DNA of 64,000 nucleotides, from assembly GCA_040386535.1 (NCBI GenBank), contig JAZKFH010000017.1, positions 32,001 through 96,000 of the forward strand, read 5' to 3'. The notes under the pieces are model-generated. The model was not told the origin of the DNA, searched no databases, and saw only the letters and a program-made list of their open reading frames with translations. The DNA comes from Myxococcota bacterium. GTDB lineage: Bacteria; Myxococcota_A; UBA796; SXON01. The position numbers were made by a program, and so were the translations under genes. Positions 9,884 to 19,706 of this stretch are shown one piece after another; position 1 is the first letter of the stretch, and each line of letters opens with the position of its first letter.

Positions 9884-10561
9884 CTACGAGGCCGTGCCGC
9901 CGATCCCGACCCCGATCCCACGCCGCGCGAACCTCGGGGCGACATCCTCGGCCCACGTGCGTGCGAAGAGCGCGCCGTACGCGGCGTTGTCGAGCAGGCC
10001 GCAGGCGCGCTCCGCGTCGGTGAGCGGGGGCGCGTCGGGGGGCGCGCGGTAGCCGTCGAAGCTCGCGACGAGGGCAGGCAGCCGCGCCTCGGCCCAGCCG
10101 CGCACGCCGGGGTCGAGCGCGAGGAGCGCGTCGAGGGCATCCCACCCGAAGGCGCGGTGGACGGCCTCGTCGGAGAGCACGCGGTCGAGGACAGGGCTCA
10201 CGGCGGGGTGCGTCGCGCCGCGCCGCATCTCGGCGAAGTAGGGCACGGCGAGCGTCTCGCCGAGGCAGAAGTCGCGGAGGACGACGCGCGCGAGGTCGGC
10301 GAGCAGGCCCTCGCCGGCAGGCACGGCGAGGCGCTCGGCGGCGAGGTCGATGGGCGCGTCGGCGCCCCCGAGCGCGACGAGGCAGGTGTGGGCGAGCGCC
10401 GCGTGATCGAGCTCGTCCCGCACGATGCGCGTGGCGGTGTGCAGCAAAGGCACCGGCAGCCCTGCCGTGATTCCCCAGGCGAGCACCTGCGCGGCGACGC
10501 CGGCGCTACCGTACTCGGCGGCAACCCGACGCGCCCACTCGGCGTGGACGCGGGGGGTCAG
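9884..10561 (-). CDS. Ferritin-like diiron domain protein (start uncertain, possibly CTG)
   Basis: W.RRVAAEYGS, RDELDH, LGETLA and SDEAVH carboxylate/ExxH ligands. Confidence 0.8.
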   Translation of the reverse strand: MTPRVHAEWARRVAAEYGSAGVAAQVLAWGITAGLPVPLLHTATRIVRDELDHAALAHTCLVALGGADAPIDLAAERLAVPAGEGLLADLARVVLRDFCLGETLAVPYFAEMRRGATHPAVSPVLDRVLSDEAVHRAFGWDALDALLALDPGVRGWAEARLPALVASFDGYRAPPDAPPLTDAERACGLLDNAAYGALFARTWAEDVAPRFARRGIGVGIGGTAS

Positions 10562-11094
10562 AGCGCGCCGTCCTTCGGGGCTCCGCCCTGGGCGCCGTCC
10601 TTCGGGGCGCCGTCGGCGGGGGCCGGGCCGCCACCCTTCTGACCGGGCCGAGGCCCGGAGTTGGCTCCGCCCGGGAGGATGTCGGCGGGGAGCGCCGCGT
10701 AGGCGGCGAGTAGGGTCTCCGGCTGGCCGGCCGGGCACTGCACCTCCGTGCCACGCTCGACGTCCGCGGGGGTCTCCACCACGCGGCCTTGGGCCTGGCT
10801 GATGTCCGGCGGGAACGGGATCATGCCGCCCATCCACACCTTGAAGCAGGCCTGCGGCGCCTTCGAGACGAAGAGCACCGGCGAAGGCGGGTTGGTGGCG
10901 CCGTCGGGGTGCCCGGAGATCACGCTCTCCCAGGTGGGGAGCGCTGCGGGCGGGTTGTTGGTGGGAACGGGCCCACCCGGCGGCCCTGGCGGCACCTCGG
11001 TGGGCTCCACGGGGATCTCCGCGGGCGGAGTGGTCTTCTCGCAGGCGCTCATCACGAGGGCGACGCCGAGGACTCGAACGAAGGGGCTGGACAT
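10558..11094 (-). CDS. Pro-rich hypothetical lipoprotein
   Basis: MSSPFVRVLGVALVMSAC lipobox; NNPP/TNPP motifs; two further Cys. Confidence 0.7.
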   Translation of the reverse strand: MSSPFVRVLGVALVMSACEKTTPPAEIPVEPTEVPPGPPGGPVPTNNPPAALPTWESVISGHPDGATNPPSPVLFVSKAPQACFKVWMGGMIPFPPDISQAQGRVVETPADVERGTEVQCPAGQPETLLAAYAALPADILPGGANSGPRPGQKGGGPAPADGAPKDGAQGGAPKDGAL

Positions 11095-11154
11095 TCCGGC
11101 GACGTACCACGACGGGAGCGACGGGGTGTAGAGTTCACGTCCCCAGGGCACGCC

Positions 11155-11814
11155 GTGACCGGACAGGATTCCACCCCGCTCGCTGGGCTCCTCGCCCGCG
11201 TCTTCGAAACGCCGCGGCTCGAGCTCCTCGGGCAGGAGCCGCTTCAAGAGTCCCTGTTCGCCGCCCTCCTCCAGGAGAGCCCCGGGCACGCGGACCTCGT
11301 CGCCGAGCTCTACGAAGCCCGGACCGGACGGCGCCTTGCGCTCGGACCCGTCGGCGCGCCCCTCGACACGCGCCACCCGGCGATGTCCGCGGAGTTGATG
11401 GCCGGGCTGGACCACTGTGCCGGACACTGCTTCGCGACCGGCTGGGGCGACCTGTGCACCACGACGGTGTTCCAGGTGTACCGATCGGAGCATCCGTGGA
11501 TCGTGGCGGCCCTGCCCGCGGGGGCGCTCAGGGAGGTCGAGCCGGACTACACCGGCCAGAGCCTCCCGCTGGGGCAGGCCGGTCTCCTCCCGTCGGCGTG
11601 CGTCGGGAGCAGCCTCGCGGGCCTGTGCGCCCACGCGCCACCCGGCACGCGCGTCACGTTCCACGACCTCTTCTTCGACCTCGCCCGCTTCGGCACGGGC
11701 CGCTCGGTGCAGCGCCTGCGGGACCACGGTGTCGGCCAATCCGAGCTACGTCGCCTCACGACGAACCTCGGCTTCGGCCGCCTCACCCGCCACGGGCCGC
11801 TCGCGACGGAGTGA
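11155..11814 (+). CDS. Hypothetical protein
   Basis: GTG start, natural amino-acid composition, GC-rich third positions; overlaps the 3' end of the convergent gene by ~70 bp. Confidence 0.55.
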   Translation: MTGQDSTPLAGLLARVFETPRLELLGQEPLQESLFAALLQESPGHADLVAELYEARTGRRLALGPVGAPLDTRHPAMSAELMAGLDHCAGHCFATGWGDLCTTTVFQVYRSEHPWIVAALPAGALREVEPDYTGQSLPLGQAGLLPSACVGSSLAGLCAHAPPGTRVTFHDLFFDLARFGTGRSVQRLRDHGVGQSELRRLTTNLGFGRLTRHGPLATE

Positions 11815-14079
11815 AGGCCGCCAGCGCGCCCACCCCTCGGGCACGCGCACCTCGGGCGCCTCCAGGAACCAGGCCCCCCGCTGCGCCGCCACCCCGCCCA
11901 CCACGAGCGCGGCGAACCACACCGCGATGGAGTCCTCCAACAGCTCGAGGAGGCGGTAACGAGGCGGGTCGGCGGTGTGGAGGAGGAAGCCCGCGAGGAA
12001 GGCGGCACTGCCGGCCAAACGCGCCAGCAACGCGACCGAACTCGCGCGGGTCAGCGGCGGATCCCCTCCGAAGCGGCGCACCGCCTGCGCCACGAGTACG
12101 GCTGGCAGCGCGATCTTCACGAGCATGGCGGCGGCGATGACGGGCCAGTAGCGGAGGTGCTGGTCCTCGGGGAGCCACGCGATCGCGAAGTTGAAGTCCA
12201 TGCCGTTCGCGCGGAGCCCGGTGGACAACGCGAAGCCGAGGTAGGCGAGCGTGATCGCCGCGAGCCCGGGCAGCCAGGACCGCGCCGCGGGCACGCCGTC
12301 CGCGAGCCTCGCGCAGGCGATGGCGAACAGCACGCACGAGGCGACGCCGATGGCGTTCGAGTAGCCGTACCAGGGCACGACCACCCACCCGGCGACCACC
12401 GGGAGCACCCACGGCGCCCGCACCGCGGCGACGACCACGGCGATCGTGAGCGCGGCGAGCGGGAGGCCGCCGTCCACGAGATCGGCCCCCGCGCCGATCC
12501 CGGCGATGACCCCGCTCACGACGCGGGTGCGCCAGCCCCCCCGCGCGAAGGCGCCCGCGAGCACCGCCCAGACGACCGGGTTCGTGCCGTTGTGGAGCCA
12601 CTCGAGGTGCGGGAACTGGCGGATGCGGAAGGTGCCGACGTCCACGTCGGCGATGGGGAGCCACCCTATGATCAGCAGCCCTACGAGCGGCGCGAGGTCG
12701 CGCCAGCCGCCGCCCCGCAGGCGCGGCACCACGGTGACCGCGAGCACCACGAGGAGCAGGAAGTGTGGCAGGTTCTCGAAGAGCCCGTAGTCGTACACGG
12801 TCCCCGGCACGACGATCGCGGCCATCCCCACCGCCGCGACGAGGCCGCCCGCCGGCCGCCGGAACAGCAGCCCCAGGGCCCCCAACGCGAGCACGGCGCC
12901 CGCGATGCGCCACTTCACGTACCGGAAGTCGGGGTTGTAGTGGATGCGCGGGATGGCCTCGAGGTAGGCGACACCGGCCACCGCGGCGGCCACGAGCCCG
13001 ACGGCGAGCCACGGCCGGACGCTCCGCGGAGCGAAGACGAGCGCCACGATCCCCGCGAGGACCGCGACGACGATGACCTCGACGGGCAGCACACCCTCGG
13101 GCCGCACGCCGGTGTACGCGCGCCCCTCCGCGGCCGTGCGCAAGGCGGTCCCCGCGGGGAGCCGCGCGAACAGATCCGCGCCTTCGTACTGAAGGGGCGG
13201 CAGGATGCCGAGCTCCGCGCCGAGCAGGTAGCGGTAGGTGGTGATGGGGATCCGCCCCTCCACCGCGCCCGGCCCGAAGGTGCGGCCCGAGGCGTAGTAG
13301 CGCGTCGGGATGTCGAGCCCATAGATGTGCCGGCCGTTGTTGGTGTGGCCGTGGTCCCCGAGCACGACCACCTCGTACTCGGGCGGCAGCGCCGCGATCA
13401 TGCGCGTGGCGTCCGTGTCGAGCAGCTCCAGCGCCTCCTGGTAGCCCTTCGATCCGACCCGGTGATGGTGCGCCGCCTCGTCGAGGTGTGGGTAATGGAA
13501 CACGATGAGGTCGTGCCCCGCGGCCACGAAGCGGTCGAAGGCCTCCTGCTCCTCCTTGGGCTCGGAGGTGCGGCCCCAGCTCTTCTGGTCGCTGAACCAG
13601 CGGGCGAACGCCTTGTACTGACCGCCGTGGTACACGGCCACCGTCCGGCCGCTCTGCGCCACATCCGAGAACAGGCTCGTGGACGCGACCTCGCCCGCAT
13701 CGACGAGGTTCTGGTAGGCGCCGAGCAGCCCGGCGGTCGCGGTGCCGGTGAACGCCTCGTTCACGCACGGGACGGTGAGGGCCTCCATGCAGGGCTGCAC
13801 GTCCGCGGAGAACCCGCCCGCGCGCATCGGCTCGAGGAAGGCCAGCCGCGGGTCCTCGGCGTCCTCGGGGCGCATCCCGTCGACGAGGAGGACGAACAAC
13901 TTCCCGTCGTGAAGCGGAGCCACGACGAGGCCGGGCTCGCCGCGGTCGTCGCTCAATGCGAGGAAGCGGTGGACCGACGCGAGCAGGAGCACCAGCAACA
14001 CGCCGCCGAGGGCCAGCAGCCAGGCGGCGCGCCAGCGGGGCGGTTCTGGAGGAGGGTTCGTCAGCACGCGGACGCTCAT
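11746..14079 (-). CDS. Alkaline-phosphatase-superfamily membrane enzyme resembling GPI ethanolamine-phosphate transferases
   Basis: N-terminal TM; LLVDGMR, ALTVP, FHYPHLDEAAH and LGDHGH metal ligands; long polytopic C-terminal region. Confidence 0.75.
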   Translation of the reverse strand: MSVRVLTNPPPEPPRWRAAWLLALGGVLLVLLLASVHRFLALSDDRGEPGLVVAPLHDGKLFVLLVDGMRPEDAEDPRLAFLEPMRAGGFSADVQPCMEALTVPCVNEAFTGTATAGLLGAYQNLVDAGEVASTSLFSDVAQSGRTVAVYHGGQYKAFARWFSDQKSWGRTSEPKEEQEAFDRFVAAGHDLIVFHYPHLDEAAHHHRVGSKGYQEALELLDTDATRMIAALPPEYEVVVLGDHGHTNNGRHIYGLDIPTRYYASGRTFGPGAVEGRIPITTYRYLLGAELGILPPLQYEGADLFARLPAGTALRTAAEGRAYTGVRPEGVLPVEVIVVAVLAGIVALVFAPRSVRPWLAVGLVAAAVAGVAYLEAIPRIHYNPDFRYVKWRIAGAVLALGALGLLFRRPAGGLVAAVGMAAIVVPGTVYDYGLFENLPHFLLLVVLAVTVVPRLRGGGWRDLAPLVGLLIIGWLPIADVDVGTFRIRQFPHLEWLHNGTNPVVWAVLAGAFARGGWRTRVVSGVIAGIGAGADLVDGGLPLAALTIAVVVAAVRAPWVLPVVAGWVVVPWYGYSNAIGVASCVLFAIACARLADGVPAARSWLPGLAAITLAYLGFALSTGLRANGMDFNFAIAWLPEDQHLRYWPVIAAAMLVKIALPAVLVAQAVRRFGGDPPLTRASSVALLARLAGSAAFLAGFLLHTADPPRYRLLELLEDSIAVWFAALVVGGVAAQRGAWFLEAPEVRVPEGWARWRPSLRRERPVAGEAAEAEVRREAT

Positions 14080-14239
14080 AGACCCGTAGGTGCCGAAGCC
14101 GCTACCTTCTGGTGACGGTCGGCCCCCGTGGGTGCGCGAGCCGCGTGCGCGAGCCGCGCGCGCGCACCCCGGAGATGAGCGCGCAATCGGACAACGCCGC
14201 TTGCCCCGTCCCCAGTCGCCCTACGCGCACCCCAAACCA

Positions 14240-14256
14240 TTGGCACGCTTCCTGCA
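14240..14256 (+). promoter_or_regulatory. Putative sigma-54 (-24/-12) promoter
   Basis: TTGGCACGCTTCCTGCA fits TGGCAC-N5-(T/C)TGC with GG-N10-GC spacing, ~30 bp before the GTG at 14285. Confidence 0.65.
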
Positions 14257-14284
14257 CTGCCCCGGTACGTACCCAGGATGTACC

Positions 14285-14620
14285 GTGAAGCGTCTCTTCC
14301 TCTCGTTCGTCGCCCTCCTCGTCTCCTCTCCCGCTTGGGCCCAACTCGACCCCGGTGAGTTCGTCGCCTGGCAGGGCGGGCACGAGGTCGGCCACGTGTT
14401 CGTCCCCGCGGGCGACACATGCCGCTACACCGAGATCTGGTTCTTCACCGCGGGGTACAGCTACCCCACGGTCGCCAACCGCCTCACGCTGACGATCACG
14501 CCCTCGCGGGAGCTCGGCTTCGACTCCTCCGAGCGCTTCGTGGCCGCCATGCTCGATGCCCATCCCGACGGCACCTGGATCCAAGCCGACTCCGTCGAGA
14601 CGCGCCGCGGCTGCCCCTGA
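14285..14620 (+). CDS. Small secreted hypothetical protein (paralog 1)
   Basis: Signal peptide ending AWA; G.VFVP...C.YTE.W...GY.YP...HP.G...GC pattern shared with the next gene. Confidence 0.75.
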   Translation: MKRLFLSFVALLVSSPAWAQLDPGEFVAWQGGHEVGHVFVPAGDTCRYTEIWFFTAGYSYPTVANRLTLTITPSRELGFDSSERFVAAMLDAHPDGTWIQADSVETRRGCP

Positions 14621-14673
14621 TCGATTGGCTGTCGACGCACCCACCCCGATTTTTCCTGTCTATTGGAGATTCC

Positions 14674-15009
14674 ATGCTCGCCTTGTCCCTGCTCTTCGCC
14701 CCCCACGCCGCCGCCCAATTTCCCGTCGACACCCACTACGGGCTCTACACCACCGTCGACCGCGCCATCTTCGAGACCGGCGCGATCTTCGTCCCGCCCG
14801 GCCAGGGCACGTGCACCTACACCGAGACCTGGTACCTGTACGAGGGCTACGTGTACCCGAGCCGCGAGAGCGGCGTGGCGCTCACCGTGGCGCCGGTCAC
14901 CGCGCGCTTCGAGACCGTCGACCAATTCGTCCGGGAGATGCGCGCGGCGCATCCGGGCGGAACCATCGTGACGGTCGAGAACGCGGAGCATCGGGCGGGC
15001 TGCCGGTGA
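14674..15009 (+). CDS. Small secreted hypothetical protein (paralog 2)
   Basis: GGAG SD; signal peptide ending AAA; same motif pattern as the previous gene. Confidence 0.75.
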   Translation: MLALSLLFAPHAAAQFPVDTHYGLYTTVDRAIFETGAIFVPPGQGTCTYTETWYLYEGYVYPSRESGVALTVAPVTARFETVDQFVREMRAAHPGGTIVTVENAEHRAGCR

Positions 15010-15106
15010 CCTCGGGCGCGGAGACGGACGCCGACGGCTTCCGCGCGTGTTTCGCACGGGTATGCAGGGGCGGGTCCGCGGTGCCTACGTTCCGAGCGGG
15101 GGCGAT

Positions 15107-17420
15107 GTGTCTGCGAGAGCCGTGGGTCGACCGAATCGCTGGGCCCCCACGGCCCGCGTGGTCGCGGTCGGCCTCGCTTACTGGTGTGCGGGGGAGCTCG
15201 CCGGGCTCCTCGCGGTCCCCCCGGGGTACGCCGCGCCGATCTGGCCCGCCGCCGGCATCGCGGTCGTAGGCGTCATCCTGTTCGGCGCGCGGGCGGCGGC
15301 GGGGGTTTTTCTCGCCTCGCTCGCCATCAACCTGCACATCGCGCTCCGTGCCGGGGATCGCACCTTCGCGGACGGCCTCCTCGTGGCAACCGCGCTGGCC
15401 GCGGGCGCGGCCGCCCAGGGGCTCGTGGCGGCGTGGCCCACCCGGCGGGTCCTGGGCCCCGGCAACCCTGTCGAACAGGGCGCGAGCGTGCCGTTGTTCC
15501 TCCTGGTCGCCGGCCCTGTCGCGTGCCTCGTGAGCGCGTCGTGGGCGCTCCCATGGCAAGCTCGTGTGCGGCCACGTCCGCCCACGCGACGCGTTCCCGA
15601 ACGTGTTCACGTGGTGGGTCGGCGACAGCATCGGGGTCATGCTCGTCGCCCCTCTCGCCCTGGCCTGGATCGCGCGGTCCCCCCGGCCCCGTCCGCGCGA
15701 GTGGGCGGCCCTGCTGGCGCCCATCTGTATCTGCCTCGCGACGGTAGCCACGCTGTTCTTCGAGGCCCCCAGGCGCTCCGACCTGGAGCTGGCGGCCCGC
15801 TTCCAGGAAGAGGCGATCGTGGTCGCGAGCAACCTGGGCCGTGAGTTGGACCACGCCGCCGCCCATGTGGAGTCCGCCGCCCGGGTGTTCGGCGCGCTGC
15901 CCGCGATCGACCGGCGCGCCTACGGCCTGATGGCGCGCCCGTGGGTCCTCGGGCACCGCGGCGTGACCGCCGTGGAGTGGGCCCCTTTCGTGCCGCTGGA
16001 TCGGCGGGCGGCGTTCGAGGCCGCGTCACGCGACGCCACGTTTCCCGATTACCGCATCCTTCCCCTCGGGCCGGACACCCCCGTCCCCATCTCCCAACCG
16101 CCGTTCCACGCGCCCATCCTCTTCGTCGAGCCGCTCGAACAGGAGCGGCTGGTGGTCGGCTACGACCTCGCGTCGAGTCCCGAGCGGCTCCGAGCGCTCG
16201 AGGCCGCCCGCGACACCGGCGCCGTCGTCTCCACGGGCGGCATCCGGCTCGTCCTCTTCCCGGACGAGTGGGGGCTGCTGTTGACGGCCGCGGCCTACGG
16301 CGGGGTCGAGCCGCCGGACACGCTCGCGGAGCGCCGGGCGACGCTGCGCGGGTTCTCCGCGGCGGTGGTCCGCGTCGACAAGCTCGTGGCCGAGGCGCTC
16401 GAGCGATCGGGGCGCAACGATCTCGTCATCCGGGTGAGCGAGAGCGCCGATGCGGGTACGCGGCTCCTCTCGGGGCCGCCGCCGGGCACGGAGCCGCCTG
16501 AGGCGCCCACGCGGACCTCGGTCCACACGGTCGGGGGGCATCGGTTGCGTGTCGACGTCCTGAATGTCGGGGGCGCGCCGCATCCATGGGTCGGGTGGAG
16601 CGTGCTCGCCGCGGGTCTGGCGGGCACCGGGCTGTTCATGTCGTTCGTCCTCGACAGCCGGGGGCGCTCCTTGCGCGTCGAGCGCCAGGTCGAGGCCCGC
16701 ACCGCCGAGCTCGCCCGGTCCAACGAGGCGCTCACCCGGTCGAGCCTCGAGCTCCAACGCTTCGCATACGTGGCATCGCACGATCTGCGCGAGCCGCTCC
16801 GCACCATCACCGCCTTCGGCGAGCTGCTCGAACGTGACACGGAGCGCCTCGATCCGGACGTGCGCGCCCACCTCTGCCGCATCACCCGCGCCACCCGCCG
16901 CATGCAGGCGCTCGTGAGCGAGCTGCTCGCCTTCACGCGCGCCGACCGCGGCGTGGAGGCCTTCACGCCGGTGCCCCTCGACGAGCCGGTACACGCCGCG
17001 CTCGACGACCTCACCGTCGTCATCGAGCAGTGCGCGGCGCGGGTGCGGATCGGGCCGCTCCCCACCGTGCTCGGCGACCGCGTGCAGTTGGTGCAGCTCT
17101 TCGCCAACCTGCTCTCCAACGCGCTGAAGTTCCGGAGCCCCGGCGTTCCCGTGGAGATCGTCGTCGAAGGGCGCGCCGTCGGCGAGCGGTGCGAGATCGA
17201 AGTCCGTGACAACGGCATCGGCATCGACGCGCGGGACCACGAGCGCGTCTTCGAGCTCTTCCAGCGGCTCCATCCGGAGGGGCGCTACCCCGGTCCGGGC
17301 GTGGGCCTCGCGATGTGCCGTCGCATCGTCGAGCGGCACGGGGGGCGCATCTGGGTCGACTCTGCCCTCGGGCGGGGCAGCGTGTTCCATGTCTGCCTTC
17401 CCCACGCGGTCAGCGCGTGA
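15107..17420 (+). pseudogene. MASE1-CHASE-HisKA-HATPase sensor kinase, frameshifted near 15540-15570
   Basis: MASE1 (PIWPAAGIA) is in one frame. TWWVGDSIG, CHASE (VVGYDLAS...R.AL..ARDTG), H-box ASHDLREPL, NLLSNALKF, DNGIGI and GLAMC are in another. Confidence 0.75.
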
Positions 17421-17836
17421 AGGGGCCGCGCGGCGCCCGCGTCCTGGTCGTGGACGACAACGTCGACGACATCGAGCTGCTCCGCCTCTCGTTCGCACGC
17501 GTGGGCCCCTCCTGCAGCGTGGTCGGCACCACCTCCACGAAGGAGGCGCTCGGCCTCCTGGCCACGCGGGACGGCCGCCCCGACGTGGTCCTGCTCGATT
17601 GGAAGATGCCGTCGATGGACTCCCCCGAGTTCATCCGCGCCCTCCGCGCCGATCCGCGCACGATCGGCCTCGCCGTGCTCGTCTTCTCCTCCTCCGACGA
17701 CCCCGGCGACATCCGCGCCGCCTACGCCGCCGGCGCCACCGCGTACCTGCTCAAGCCGCCCGGCCTCGTGGAGTACGAGTCCCTCGCGCGCGACATCTCC
17801 ACGTTCTGGTGCCGGCCGGTGCGGTATCTGGGGTGA
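17417..17836 (+). CDS. Single-domain response regulator
   Basis: VLVVDDN, LLDWKMP, FSSS, YLLKP; GTGA overlap with the kinase stop. Confidence 0.9.
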   Translation: MKGPRGARVLVVDDNVDDIELLRLSFARVGPSCSVVGTTSTKEALGLLATRDGRPDVVLLDWKMPSMDSPEFIRALRADPRTIGLAVLVFSSSDDPGDIRAAYAAGATAYLLKPPGLVEYESLARDISTFWCRPVRYLG

Positions 17837-17837
17837 T

Positions 17838-17964
17838 GGGCGCGTCCCGGCGCGGACGCCGGGCCGGGCGCCTGCGGGCTCGCGGCGAGGCCGCTCGGTC
17901 GTCGGCGGGCGGACCCGCCGCCGGACCGCGCCGCGGCGGCGCGCCCTCCGGTGCCCTCGCGCGG
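17838..17964 (+). repeat. Structured intergenic repeat family A, copy 2 (inverted, compact)
   Basis: GGGCGCC...GCCGCTCGGTC...GACC-GCGCCGC-g-GCGGCGC-GCCCTCC-GGTGCCC has the same stem order as the reverse complement of copies 1 and 3. Confidence 0.6.
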
Positions 17965-18045
17965 GCCCCCGTGGGACCGTGAACCGCTTGTGCTCTGGGC
18001 GGCACGGCTGTAGAGCGTCGGCGCGGCGGGCCCGCGGAGTACGAC

Positions 18046-19113
18046 ATGGCGAACAAGATCGCGATCGGTGCGCTGGGTGTGGTCGGTGTGCTCGTGGTCG
18101 GGCTCGGAGGAGCCTTCCTCTGGGGCAAGTCGACCGTCGGCGCGAAGCTCGGCACCGTCTACGAGACCCACCGCGCCGACTTCCCGATGCCCTGGCCGCT
18201 CACCGACGCCGAGCTGGACACGCTGCGCCAGGAACACGCCGCCGCAGTGCCTGCCGACGCCGCCGCGCCGTCCGACCCCGCCGTGCCGTCCGATCCCGCC
18301 GCGCCACCGGCCGCGGATCCGCTCGCCGGGCTCGACCTGGACGCCATCGCGACCGAGCGCGCCGTCGCGCGGGGCAAGCACCTCATGGAGGCGCGGTACG
18401 GGTGCACCGACTGCCACGGCGCCGACCTCGGCGGCGGGACGATGGTCGACGCGCCCGCCCTCGGCACCCTGCTCGGGTCGAATCTCACGTCGGGGAAGGG
18501 CAGCCGCACGCTGACCTACACCGCCGCCGACTGGGATCGGGCGGTCCGGCACGGCGTGAAGCCCGACGGCACGCCGACGATCATGCCGTCCGAAGCGTTC
18601 GGCGGGATGTCCGACCAGGAGCTCTCCGACCTCGTCATGTACATCCGCGCGCAGCCCCCGGTGGAGGCCGCGATCGCCCTCCCCACGTGGGGCCCCGTCG
18701 GCACCATGCTCGTCGCGACCGGCAAGATGGTGCCCTGGGCGGCGCAGTACCCCGACCACATGGGCGCACACGCCACCCACCCCCCTGCGACCGCGGACAC
18801 CGCGACGTTCGGTGCCCACCTCGCGCAGACGTGCACGGGCTGCCATCGCGCCGACCTCTCGGGCGGCCCCATGGCTGCGGGCGATCCGAGCTGGCCGCCC
18901 GCCTCCAACCTCACCACGCACGAACAGGGCTTGAAGGGGTGGACCCTGGAGCAGTTCACCGTCACCCTCCGCGAGGCCCGGCGCCCCGACGGCACTCCGC
19001 TGAAGCCGCCGATGAGCGACATCGCGCCCTACGCCGCGAAGATGACGGACGCCGAGCTGCAGGCGTTGTTCGCCTACCTCCAGGCGTTGCCGCCGATGCC
19101 GACGGGCAGCTGA
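18046..19113 (+). CDS. Membrane-anchored dihaem c-type cytochrome
   Basis: N-terminal TM; CTDCH and CTGCH; repeated G.DL.GG, SNLT, PDGTP..MP pattern. Confidence 0.9.
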   Translation: MANKIAIGALGVVGVLVVGLGGAFLWGKSTVGAKLGTVYETHRADFPMPWPLTDAELDTLRQEHAAAVPADAAAPSDPAVPSDPAAPPAADPLAGLDLDAIATERAVARGKHLMEARYGCTDCHGADLGGGTMVDAPALGTLLGSNLTSGKGSRTLTYTAADWDRAVRHGVKPDGTPTIMPSEAFGGMSDQELSDLVMYIRAQPPVEAAIALPTWGPVGTMLVATGKMVPWAAQYPDHMGAHATHPPATADTATFGAHLAQTCTGCHRADLSGGPMAAGDPSWPPASNLTTHEQGLKGWTLEQFTVTLREARRPDGTPLKPPMSDIAPYAAKMTDAELQALFAYLQALPPMPTGS

Positions 19114-19163
19114 TCCAGGAGACCGAGGTGCCGGCGATCGACGAAACGTCCGTCGGCTTCTGA

Positions 19164-19688
19164 AAACCGTACTGGCCCGAGGCGGCCATCACCTCGCTCA
19201 ACGAGGCGGGCCTCGCGGTGGTCGCAATCGATCGGCGGGGCGCGGGCGACAGCGAAGGCGAAGCGCGGGACGCCGTGGTGGGCGAGGGCGGGCGCTACGA
19301 CGTGGAGGCCGCCGTGTTGCGGCTCGTCGCCGACGGATACACGCGGGTGTCCCTGCTCGGCGCGTCCAACGGCACCACGAGCTTGATCGACTACGCCGCG
19401 TTCGCCCAGGGCGAGGGCCTCCCGGAGCCGGTGTCCCTCGGGTACCTCTCGGGGGGCAGCTACACCACGACCAACACCCGCATGGACGAGGTGCCGGTCC
19501 TCCCCTCGCTGTTCGTCTACGGCGACGGCGACGCGGACTGGGCCGAGTCCCTCGAAGCCGACAATCCTCCCTCTGCCTGGCAGTTCAAACACGTCGTCGG
19601 TGGCGGGCACGGCACGGACCTGCTCGCGCGCGTCGACCGGGCGGAGACGGTCGATGCGCTCGTCGCGTTCTTCGGCGTGGCGCGGTAG
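19164..19688 (+). pseudogene. Alpha/beta-hydrolase, apparently 5'-truncated
   Basis: AIDRRGAGDS, nucleophile elbow GASNG, GHGT. An in-frame TGA at 19161 precedes hydrolase-like sequence that lacks the first strands. Confidence 0.6.
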
Positions 19689-19706
19689 CCGCGTCGACCC
19701 CGTGGG

